NCBI GenBank assembly: GCA_028871195.1
Contig: JAGWNT010000005.1
Coordinates: 947 to 64,946, forward strand
Length of the DNA stretch: 64,000 bases
From: Rhodospirillales bacterium
Lineage (GTDB): Bacteria; Pseudomonadota; Alphaproteobacteria; Acetobacterales; Acetobacteraceae
Direction of reading: 5' to 3'
Shown here: positions 8,832 through 17,169 of the stretch, in pieces
How the letters are laid out: every line of letters starts with the position of its first letter
Position numbering within the stretch: position 1 is the first letter of the stretch
Notes under the pieces: model-generated
Databases searched by the model: none
What the model was told of the DNA's origin: nothing
The model's input: only the letters and a program-made list of their open reading frames with translations
Program-made: the position numbers and the translations under genes

Positions 8832-9941
8832 ATGCCCGACTCGCATGATCTGGCGGTGATCGGCGGCGGTCTGGTTGGCAGCGCCATCGCTTGGGGTGCC
8901 GCGCGCCTGGGCGCCGATGTGGCGTTGCTCGATGAGGGTGACGTCGCGTTTCGCGCGGCCCGCGGCAATTTCGGACTGGTGTGGGTGCAGAGCAAGGGCG
9001 ATGGCCTGCCGCCCTATGCGAACTGGACCCGCCGGTCCGCTGCGCTGTGGCCGGATCTGGCCGCCGAGCTATCCTCCATGACCGGCACCGACGTCGCCCT
9101 CCGGCAACCGGGCGGATTGCATTTCTGCCTGAGCGAACAGGAAGTCGAACAGCGGGCGGCAATGATCTCGCGCATGCACAATGCAACGGGCGATATCGGG
9201 ACGCGGCTGCTGGACCGGGGTGACGTCCGCGCGATGGTGCCGGGCCTGGGCCCGCAGGTGCAGGGTGCCGCGTACTGCCCGAAGGACGGGCATGCCAACC
9301 CGCTGCTGCTCCTGCGCGCATTGCAGGCAGGGTTCCGGCGTCATCGCGGGCGCTATCTGCCAGGCGCGCGCATTGAACGAATCACGCCGCGCGGCGCGGA
9401 TTTCGCCATCGAGTTGGGCACCACGCACATCGTCGTTCGGCGCATCGTCATCGCGGCCGGCCTGGGCAGCGCGACATTGGCGCCGCTCGTCGGATTGTCG
9501 ATGCCGGTGCGGCCGGTGCGGGGGCAGATCATGGTGACGGAGCGGCTGCGGCCACTGCTCGACTGGCCGACCGCGCAGATCCGGCAGACCGTCGAAGGAT
9601 CCATCATGATCGGCGACAGCCACGAGGATGTCGGCTTCGATGAGGGCACGTCGGCCACCGAAATGCAGCGTATCGCCGCCCGCGCGCTGGCGACATTCCC
9701 GGCACTCGGCCAGGCCCAGATCGTGAGGCACTGGGGCGCGCTGCGGGTCATGACGCAGGACGGGGCGCCGATCTACGAGCAGTCAGGCCAATACCCCGGC
9801 GCCTTTGCGGCGACCTGCCATAGCGGGGTGACGCTGGCGGGAAGCCATGCGCTGGCCCTCGCACCCGCCATCCTGGACGGGATGCTGCCTGATGAGCTCC
9901 GGGCTTTCACAAGCGAGCGGTTCCATGTTCCGACGGTTTGA
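8832..9941 (+). CDS. Opine oxidase B (OoxB/NoxB/OdhB-like) FAD-dependent beta subunit (copy 2)
   Basis: GGGLVG, RAARGNFGLVWVQSKG, WGALRVMT and CHSGVTLA. Confidence 0.88.
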   Translation: MPDSHDLAVIGGGLVGSAIAWGAARLGADVALLDEGDVAFRAARGNFGLVWVQSKGDGLPPYANWTRRSAALWPDLAAELSSMTGTDVALRQPGGLHFCLSEQEVEQRAAMISRMHNATGDIGTRLLDRGDVRAMVPGLGPQVQGAAYCPKDGHANPLLLLRALQAGFRRHRGRYLPGARIERITPRGADFAIELGTTHIVVRRIVIAAGLGSATLAPLVGLSMPVRPVRGQIMVTERLRPLLDWPTAQIRQTVEGSIMIGDSHEDVGFDEGTSATEMQRIAARALATFPALGQAQIVRHWGALRVMTQDGAPIYEQSGQYPGAFAATCHSGVTLAGSHALALAPAILDGMLPDELRAFTSERFHVPTV

Positions 9942-10215
9942 CAAGGACGACACCCCGCTGGAGTTCTTCTTCGAAGGACGGAGGGTGACCGCTCGCCTCG
10001 GCGATACGGTGGCCGCGGCGCTGCTGGCCGGCGGGGCCGGGCCGTTTCGCCTCACGCCGGCTTCCAGGGCGCCGCGGGCTCCCTATTGCCTGATGGGTCT
10101 CTGCTTCGACTGTCTCGTGGAAATCGACGGTGTGGCCAACAGGCAGGCCTGCATGGTTCCGGTGGCGAGCGGAATGCGCGTGCGGCGCCAGCCCGGGCCG
10201 CCGAGCGTGGCGTGA
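9925..10215 (+). CDS. [2Fe-2S] gamma subunit, HcnA/OdhC-like (copy 2)
   Basis: MFRR..., GDTVAAALL and YCLMGLCFDCLVEIDG...QAC. Confidence 0.88.
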   Translation: MFRRFDKDDTPLEFFFEGRRVTARLGDTVAAALLAGGAGPFRLTPASRAPRAPYCLMGLCFDCLVEIDGVANRQACMVPVASGMRVRRQPGPPSVA

Positions 10216-11606
10216 CGGCGCGCTGGGATGCAATCGTGATCGGCGCAGGCCCGGCCGGCATGTCCGGGGCATGCCTGCTCGCGGAACATGGTGCGCAAAT
10301 CCTGGTGCTGGACGAGCAGCCTGCCCCTGGAGGGCAGATCTATCGCGCGGTGGAGCGGGTCGCGACCCAAGGCCGGACAGCACTGGATCGGCTTGGTGGC
10401 GAGTACGCCGCTGGCGTGGCGCTGGCGGCGCGCTTTCGGGCGAGCGGGTGTGCGTATTGGCCAGGCAGCACGGTGTGGCAGGTGACGCCGGAGCGGTCGG
10501 TCTGGGTCAGCCGCAACGGCCGGTCCGTGCACCTTCGGGCCGATGTGATCCTGCTCGCCACGGGCGCGATGGAGCGGCCGGTGCCGGTGCCGGGCTGGAC
10601 CTTGCCGGGCGTGATGACCGTGGGGGCGGTGCAGATTCTGCTGAAATCCGCCGCACTTTTGCCTTCGGTGCCGTTCGTCCTCGCAGGCAGCGGGCCATTG
10701 CCGCTGCTCGTCGCGCAGCAATGCCTGGCCGCCGGAGCGCGGCCGGCGGCATTCCTCGACACCGGGTCGCCGTCGAACATGTTCGCCGCGATGCGCCATC
10801 TGCCCGGAGCGCTCGGCCTGCCCGCGCGGCGAATGCTTGCGAAGGGGCTGGCGCTGCGCGCGGCCTTGCGGCGCAGCGGGGTCAGGGTGTTTCGCAACGT
10901 GCGGGACATGCGCATCGAAGGAGACCATGCGGCGGAAGCGATTCGCTTCCGCTCCGGGCGTGCGGAGCATCGCGTCGAGGCGCAACTCGTCGCCCTGCAT
11001 GACGGCGTCATCCCTTCGCAGCAGATCACCCGTCTGGTCGGGTGCGCCCATGTGTGGGATGCCCGCCAGCGATGCTTCCGGCCCCAGCTCGACGATTGGG
11101 GCAACAGCTCCGTCGAGGGCGTGATGGTGGCCGGCGATGCCGCCGGAATCGGCGGTGCTGCTTCGGCGGCATTGGCCGGGCGTTTGGCGGCTTTCGAAGC
11201 CTTGCGCCTGCTCGGACGAATCGACGCGGCGCAACGCGACAAATGGGCCGCGGCGGATCGCCGGGCGATGCGGGCCGAACGGGCGGTGCGGCCATTGCTG
11301 GAGCGGATGTTTCCGCCTCGGCCGGAAATTCTTTGCCCTGCCGATGATGTGGTGGTGTGCCGCTGCGAGGAGGTCACCGCCGGCGCGCTGCGACAGGCGG
11401 TTGCTCAGGGATGCCAGGGCCCGAACCAGGCGAAAAGCTTCCTCCGCTGCGGCATGGGCCCTTGTCAGGGACGGCTATGCGGGCCCGTGGTGACGGAGGT
11501 GATCGCGGCGGCGCGCGGACAGACGATCGAGGAAACAGGGTATTTCCGCATCCGCCCACCATTGAAGCCCGTGACGTTGGGAGAGATCGCCCTGCTCGAA
11601 ACGTGA
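10212..11606 (+). CDS. Opine oxidase A (OoxA/NoxA/OdhA-like) alpha subunit (copy 2)
   Basis: IGAGPAG, GGQIYR, ATGAMERPVPVPGWTLPGV, CRCEE...RCGMGPCQGRLC and RPPLKP. GTGA overlap with the gamma subunit. Confidence 0.89.
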   Translation: MTARWDAIVIGAGPAGMSGACLLAEHGAQILVLDEQPAPGGQIYRAVERVATQGRTALDRLGGEYAAGVALAARFRASGCAYWPGSTVWQVTPERSVWVSRNGRSVHLRADVILLATGAMERPVPVPGWTLPGVMTVGAVQILLKSAALLPSVPFVLAGSGPLPLLVAQQCLAAGARPAAFLDTGSPSNMFAAMRHLPGALGLPARRMLAKGLALRAALRRSGVRVFRNVRDMRIEGDHAAEAIRFRSGRAEHRVEAQLVALHDGVIPSQQITRLVGCAHVWDARQRCFRPQLDDWGNSSVEGVMVAGDAAGIGGAASAALAGRLAAFEALRLLGRIDAAQRDKWAAADRRAMRAERAVRPLLERMFPPRPEILCPADDVVVCRCEEVTAGALRQAVAQGCQGPNQAKSFLRCGMGPCQGRLCGPVVTEVIAAARGQTIEETGYFRIRPPLKPVTLGEIALLET

Positions 11607-11637
11607 TTGGCCGCCCGCACTCACGGCGCGCGCGGCG

Positions 11638-12360
11638 TCATCCTCGCAATTCCTCCTGATGCGCCTTCACCATCTCGCCCAGGCTGCTGAACCGGAAATC
11701 GTATGCCGCTCCTTCCGGCGGGGCCATCGTGGCGCCCCAGCCGGCACGGTCGTGCCGGCGGTCAATCCAGGCGCGGGCGAGGCCGAATTGTTGCGCCGGG
11801 GCGTGGTCGTGGAACAGGCTCTGGGCGGTGTGCAGGATATCGCGGCTCGTGTAGCCCAGGGCGCCCAGATGATCGAGCATGTAGCGGAAATTGGCCGGGT
11901 TCGGCTTGTAGCTGCCAATGTCCTGCGCGGTGTAGATGGCATCGAACGCGACGCCGAGGCGCTTATTGCTACCCTTGAAGCTTTCGCGATCAACGTTGGA
12001 AAGAATGACGAGCTTGTAGTGCCTCTTGAGGTACTGCAACGCCGATGCAGTGTCCGCGAAGGCCGGCCAATCCGGTACCGACGCGCCAAAAGTGGCATCC
12101 TCCGCCGACGTGGTCGCAACCTGCCATTGCGCGGCCAGGCGGCGATGCACTTCGGCGAGCAGCGCCGAATAGATCATGCCCGGTGTCTCTGCCTCCTGCG
12201 CCGATTCATGCTGGGCAAAATGTTCCAGTACGGTGTCGCGCGGCAGGGTACTGCCACTGCGCGCGAGAAGCGGCTGCAGGGCGGCATGAATGCCGCTTTC
12301 CCAGTCGATCAGGGTGCCGTAGCAATCGAAGGTCAGAACGCGGAAGTCAGTGAGCTTCAT
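11638..12360 (-). CDS. Haloacid dehalogenase type II (HAD superfamily) hydrolase
   Basis: FDCYGTLIDWE motif I, LSN, SYKP, HTAQSLFHD and WIDRR. Confidence 0.9.
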   Translation of the reverse strand: MKLTDFRVLTFDCYGTLIDWESGIHAALQPLLARSGSTLPRDTVLEHFAQHESAQEAETPGMIYSALLAEVHRRLAAQWQVATTSAEDATFGASVPDWPAFADTASALQYLKRHYKLVILSNVDRESFKGSNKRLGVAFDAIYTAQDIGSYKPNPANFRYMLDHLGALGYTSRDILHTAQSLFHDHAPAQQFGLARAWIDRRHDRAGWGATMAPPEGAAYDFRFSSLGEMVKAHQEELRG

Positions 12361-13722
12361 GGCGGATCTCCGAGTGTTGCAGCGCGGCGTCGAGGGTTTT
12401 CCCGAGACGTTCGATCAGAATGTCGATCTCGGCCTCGGTGCAGCATAGGGGGGGAGCGAGTCCGATCACGTCATCGGCGAAGGCGCGGAAGATGAGGCCC
12501 TGGCGATAACCCTCGGCTGCGAGAAATTCGTGCAGGCGCAGCGCGGTCGGGGGTTTGCGTTTCGTGACCTTGTCCACCACCAGTTCCAGCCCGGCCAGCA
12601 TGCCGCGGCCGCGCACCTCGCCAACCAGCGGATGGTCCAGAAGGCTCTGCAACCGGCGCTGGAAATACGCACCCACCTCCTGTCCGTTGGCGAGGATACC
12701 CCCCTCCTCGTAGAGGCGGATCACCTCGAGCGCCACCGCGGCGCTGACCGGGTGGGCGGAGTAGGTGTAGCCGTGGCCGAGCGGCGTTCCCGCAGGCGTG
12801 CCATCGGCAATGACCTGATAGATCGGGTCGGACACCATCACCGCCCCCATCGGGGCATAGCCTGACGTGAGGCCCTTCGCCATCGTCATGAAATCGGGCA
12901 CCACCGCCTCGTCCTCGCAGGCGAACATCGGGCCGGTGCGGCCGAAGCCCGTGATCACCTCGTCGGCCACGAACAGGATGCCGAGGCGGCGGCATTCCGC
13001 GCGCATCGCCGCGAGCCAGCCCGCCGGCGGCACGATGATGCCGCCTGAGCCCTGGATCGGCTCGCAGAAGAAGGCGGCCACGTTGTCCGCGCCCAGCGCC
13101 TCCACCTTGGCGCGAAGTGCGGCGACGGAGGCGGCGATCTGCGCCTCTGGATCGCGCAACTCGTTGCGGTAGGGATAGACGCTGGGAATATGGTGCTGCA
13201 ACCCGGTCGGCAGATCGAAACCGCGATGGAAGGCGGCCAGGGCGGTACGCCGGCACCGGTGGAGGAGGAGCCGTGATAGCCCCGTTCCAGGGCGATGATG
13301 TGCCGCTTCGTCGGCTCGCCGCGCATGTTGAAATAGAAGCGGATCAGACGCAGCGTGGTGTCCACCGCATCCGATCCGCCGAGCGTGAAGAACACGTGGT
13401 CGAGATCACCGGGTGCAAGTGCGGCGAGCTTGGCGGCGAGCAGGATTGCCGGCTCGGAGCCATAGTGGAAATAGCTGGTGGCGTAGGGCAGCCGGCGCAT
13501 CTGCTCGGTCGCGGCGCGCACGACGCTCTCCTGCCCGTAACCGATATTGACGCACCACAGGCCGGAGAAGCCATCGAGCAGCGTCTTCCCCTCGATGTCG
13601 GTCAGCATGGCCCCTTGCCCGGAGCTGAGGATGGTGACGCCGCGCGCCTCGTGACCGCGCAGCGAAACGACGGGATGGATCAGATGGTCGTGGTCAAGCA
13701 ACTGCAATGAATTCGCGGGCAC
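12347..13722 (-). pseudogene. Class III PLP aminotransferase with a 1-bp frameshift near 13246-13247 (pseudogene or sequencing error)
   Basis: The N-terminal frame (DGFSGLWCVNIG...GGSDA...GYHGSS) and the C-terminal frame (EPIQGSGG...DEVITGFGRTG...MAKGLTSGY) join at GGC GT ACC GCC. Adding one base restores G-V-T-A-L-A-A-F-H. Confidence 0.85.
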
Positions 13723-13935
13723 GGCTTATCCCTCCTGCACGGATTGCCAGCATGACGCGGCGCGCGCGCCATGGGATGGCAAATTTGGTTGCACGGCACA
13801 TTCTCGCGCGGCACTCGCCCCATCCGGCGCTGCATCCTGCCGAATTTGTAGGCCCTCACTCATCCGTGGCGTTTTGCAATCGACAGCGAGGACCCCGCGG
13901 GTAAGATCGGATCGCGCTCGTCCAAAGGGATTTCC

Positions 13936-14901
13936 ATGAACCGATCGACCGCCGCCGGGCCGGACATCCTGCTGGTGAAATCCGGCGGCCCGGCCTCGCT
14001 GCCGGAGTGGCAGGATGCGTTTGGTGCGCTGCTGCCCGGCCTGCGTGTTTTGTGGTGGGACGATGCCGCCGTCGTGCCCGAGGCCGTCGCCTATGCTCTC
14101 GTGTGGGAGCCGACGCCGGGGCGCCTCGCGCAATTCCCCAATCTGCGGATCATCTTCAGCTCGGCTGCCGGTGTGGACCACATCGTCAGCGACCCCACCC
14201 TGCCGGCCCGCGTGCCGATCGTGCGGATGGCCAGCGACGAGACGGCGCAGACCGTCGCCGAGTTCGTCTGTCTCGGCGCCCTGGCACTGCTGCGCGACCT
14301 GCCGCGGATGATTGCGGCGCAGGCGGCGCGGCGCTGGGATTCGTTCGACGCCGCCCGCACCGCGCCGCAGACGCGGGTGAGCATTCTCGGCATGGGCAAT
14401 CTCGGCACGCGCGCCGCCCGGATGTTGCGCGGCCTCGGCTTTCAAGTGAGCGGGTGGGGACGCACGGCCCGTATCGTCGATGGCATGGCGGTCACGGCCG
14501 GTGACGACGAACTGGCGCGATTGATGGCACGAACGGACATACTGGTTGGCCTGCTGCCCGACACGCCGATGACGCGCGGGCTCATCTGCGCGCACCGCAT
14601 CGCCTGGCTGCCGGCCGGCGCCGGACTGGTCAATGCAGGCCGTGGCTCGCTGGTGGTGATGGATGATCTGCTGGCCGCCCTCGACAGCGGCCAGCTTGGC
14701 GGCGCGGTGCTGGATGTGTTCGAGGCTGAGCCGCTGCCGCCGAGCGCGCCGGCATGGCGGCATCCGCGCATCCTCGCAACCTCGCATGTCGCCGGCTTCG
14801 CGTCGCGGCGCGCGCGGGCGGCCTATGTCGCGGGCGTCATTGCCGGCTTTGCGCGGGGCGAGCGCCCGGCGCATCTGTATCAGCCGGCGCGCGGCTACTG
14901 A
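13936..14901 (+). CDS. D-2-hydroxyacid dehydrogenase, glyoxylate/hydroxypyruvate reductase A-like
   Basis: AGVD, GMGNLG, LLPDTPMT, NAGRG, LDVFEAEPLP and catalytic His in TSHVAG. Confidence 0.88.
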   Translation: MNRSTAAGPDILLVKSGGPASLPEWQDAFGALLPGLRVLWWDDAAVVPEAVAYALVWEPTPGRLAQFPNLRIIFSSAAGVDHIVSDPTLPARVPIVRMASDETAQTVAEFVCLGALALLRDLPRMIAAQAARRWDSFDAARTAPQTRVSILGMGNLGTRAARMLRGLGFQVSGWGRTARIVDGMAVTAGDDELARLMARTDILVGLLPDTPMTRGLICAHRIAWLPAGAGLVNAGRGSLVVMDDLLAALDSGQLGGAVLDVFEAEPLPPSAPAWRHPRILATSHVAGFASRRARAAYVAGVIAGFARGERPAHLYQPARGY

Positions 14902-14920
14902 CCGCCGCGACACGTGCCGC

Positions 14921-16297
14921 TCAGAAGGCACCAGGGGGCTCGATCGGAGAGCCATCCACCAGGCGGGCGTAGCGGAATGGGCGCGGGTCAACTGCCGGGC
15001 GGTCGCCGGCGATCAGGTCTGCCGCGAGCTGGCCGGCGGCCGGGCCGATACCAAATCCGTGCCCGCTGAAACCCGCGGCCAGGTGCAGCCCCGGCAGCCC
15101 GTCCACGGCGGAGATCACCGGCACCATGTCCGGCGTGCTGTCGATCCACCCTGCCCAGATCTGGGCAATTTCGATATCGCCGAGGCCGGGGTAGCAGGCG
15201 CGCATCTCCGCCAGCGTCGCGGCGATCGCCGAGAGATTGGGCGCGGGATCGAGCACGCGCATTCGTTCAAATGGTGAAACGGCGTCGAGCTGCCAGTTGG
15301 CCAGCGCTTCCGGGCCTTCCAGGAACGAGCGGCCGAGGCGGATATGCAGCGCCTTGCGGCGCGCCCGGAAGCTCGGCCAGAACTGCCGCGCGTACCGCAG
15401 ACCCTGGGGGGTGATATCAAGCTGGGCCGCGGCCGGCATGGAGACGGTGTAGCCGCCATCCAGCCGGCGGGTCAGCGAGAAGCGCGGGCTGTAGAAGCCC
15501 CCCGCGACCACATCGCGCGCCGGCCGCGTGCGAAACACCGTGGAGCGTACGCCGGCCTGCGGAAAGGCGATGCCGTGCCGGCGGCAGAACATCGATGCCC
15601 ACGCCCCCCCGGCGCACAACACCGTGGCCGTGCGGATCGTGCCCCTCTCGGTGACTACGCCGCTGACGGCGCCGGCCATGCGCTCAACCCCGCGCGCGGC
15701 GCAGCGCTGGTGAAGCGTGACGCCCAGGCGGCGGGCCGCGCGCGCCAGGGCAGGGGCCGCGCGCGATGGGTCGGCGACGCCGTCGGTTGGCGAGTGCACG
15801 CCGCCGATCCACGCCCCGGTGCTGCCGGCCGCCAGCGCGCGCGCCTCGGCCGCGCCGAGCATCCGTGTGTCCACCTGCTGCTGGCGCGCAAAGGCGCCCC
15901 AGCGCTCCCACTGCGCCATATCCGCCGGATCGGTGGTGACATAGATCAGCCCGCACCGGCGAAAGCCGAGATCGTCACCGATTTCGCTTTGCAGGCCGCC
16001 CCACAGACCGAGGCTCTGGCGGGCAAGGGGCAGTTCGCGCGCATCGCGGTTCTGCTGCCGGCACCAACCCCAGTTGCGGCTCGACTGCTCGGCGCCGATC
16101 TGGCCCTTCTCGACCAGGGCGACGCCGTAGCCCTTCTTCGCCAGGTAATAGGCCGCCGAGACGCCGATGATTCCGCCGCCGATGACGACGATGTCGGCCT
16201 GCGCGGGCAAATGCTCGTCATCGGGCACCGCTTCGAGCGGCGGCCGGGTGCCGGAATGCCGCAGGAGGGAGGCCGGATCGAGAGGGATCGCGTTCAT
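14921..16297 (-). CDS. FAD-dependent oxidoreductase, DAO family (paralog of 3961-5289)
   Basis: GGGIIG, EKGQIGAEQSSRNWGWCR, WAGWID and GFSGHGFGIGP. Confidence 0.9.
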   Translation of the reverse strand: MNAIPLDPASLLRHSGTRPPLEAVPDDEHLPAQADIVVIGGGIIGVSAAYYLAKKGYGVALVEKGQIGAEQSSRNWGWCRQQNRDARELPLARQSLGLWGGLQSEIGDDLGFRRCGLIYVTTDPADMAQWERWGAFARQQQVDTRMLGAAEARALAAGSTGAWIGGVHSPTDGVADPSRAAPALARAARRLGVTLHQRCAARGVERMAGAVSGVVTERGTIRTATVLCAGGAWASMFCRRHGIAFPQAGVRSTVFRTRPARDVVAGGFYSPRFSLTRRLDGGYTVSMPAAAQLDITPQGLRYARQFWPSFRARRKALHIRLGRSFLEGPEALANWQLDAVSPFERMRVLDPAPNLSAIAATLAEMRACYPGLGDIEIAQIWAGWIDSTPDMVPVISAVDGLPGLHLAAGFSGHGFGIGPAAGQLAADLIAGDRPAVDPRPFRYARLVDGSPIEPPGAF

Positions 16298-16303
16298 GCT
16301 GAC

Positions 16304-17158
16304 CTAGCCTATCCCCTGGTTGACGAGGGCGAACCGGTGCGCAGCACCGCCACGCGCCGGCCAGTCGCCACGGATCATCGTGGTCACGGTGCCGACGCGG
16401 GACAGGCCGGCGCCGTTCAGCCATCCGGCCAGTTCGGCCCACTCATCGGCGATGTCGATGCGCAGGAACCCGGTGGCGAGGCACGCCCCGATCAGGCTGA
16501 TGGCGTCGCGCTCATTGGCCGCGACGACCGGGCCGACGGCCTGGCCGAGCCCGAACCGCCGGCGTATGGCAAAACCTGTTATCTGCCCTGCCTTCTCGAC
16601 GAGATGGCATACCCCGTCGCGGAACAGCTGGGCGAGCGCGCTGGCACGCGGCGCACCGAATGCCTGGGCGTCGAGGGCGATGAGGGCGGCATGGTCAGCC
16701 GGTTGCGCCCGGCGCGTCTCGGCCCGAGACGGCGGCGGCGCGCGCAACACGCCCTGGTGCTGGGCCACGACGCCGACGGGACGAAACCCGAGCTTGCGAT
16801 AAAGTGCCAGCCCCGCATCGGTGGCGTTGAGCATCAGCCCGCGGGGCCCGATATGCCGCAGGCCCGCCTGCATCAGCGCGCGCCCGACCCCCCTGCCCTG
16901 CCAATCCGCCCGCACCAGCACCATGCCGAGCGAGCTTGCCGTGCTGCCGAACTCCCACCACAGGGCGGTGCCGATCAGCACGCCCGCTTCCGTGGTTGCG
17001 GCAACCCCATCCCCGAGCTGGCGCATGACCCGCCAATCCTCAAGCCGGTGCGGCCAATCGACGGCGGCCGACAGCCGCCGCGCCGCGGCCAGATCGCTCT
17101 GGCGCAGAGGGCGCAGCAGCGGAAGTTCTGGCCGCAGCGTGGTCAGTCCTGCGCTCAT
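16304..17158 (-). CDS. GNAT family N-acetyltransferase (two-domain, YitH-like)
   Basis: WPHRLEDW, acetyl-CoA motif QGRGVGRALM, LYRKLGF and a second domain with GPVVA. Confidence 0.85.
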   Translation of the reverse strand: MSAGLTTLRPELPLLRPLRQSDLAAARRLSAAVDWPHRLEDWRVMRQLGDGVAATTEAGVLIGTALWWEFGSTASSLGMVLVRADWQGRGVGRALMQAGLRHIGPRGLMLNATDAGLALYRKLGFRPVGVVAQHQGVLRAPPPSRAETRRAQPADHAALIALDAQAFGAPRASALAQLFRDGVCHLVEKAGQITGFAIRRRFGLGQAVGPVVAANERDAISLIGACLATGFLRIDIADEWAELAGWLNGAGLSRVGTVTTMIRGDWPARGGAAHRFALVNQGIG

Positions 17159-17169
17159 CGTACGTGATA

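Noticed and set aside
5278..11606. Calling the two trios hydrogen cyanide synthase (hcnABC)
   Set aside because: The family is shared, but the beta-subunit motifs look opine-oxidase-like and the context (importers, catabolic enzymes) points to catabolism. No gene symbol was assigned.
13736..13795. Sigma54 promoter (TGGCA...TGCA) in the aminotransferase/ghrA spacer
   Set aside because: GG-to-GC spacing is 8 or 11 nt, not the required 10.
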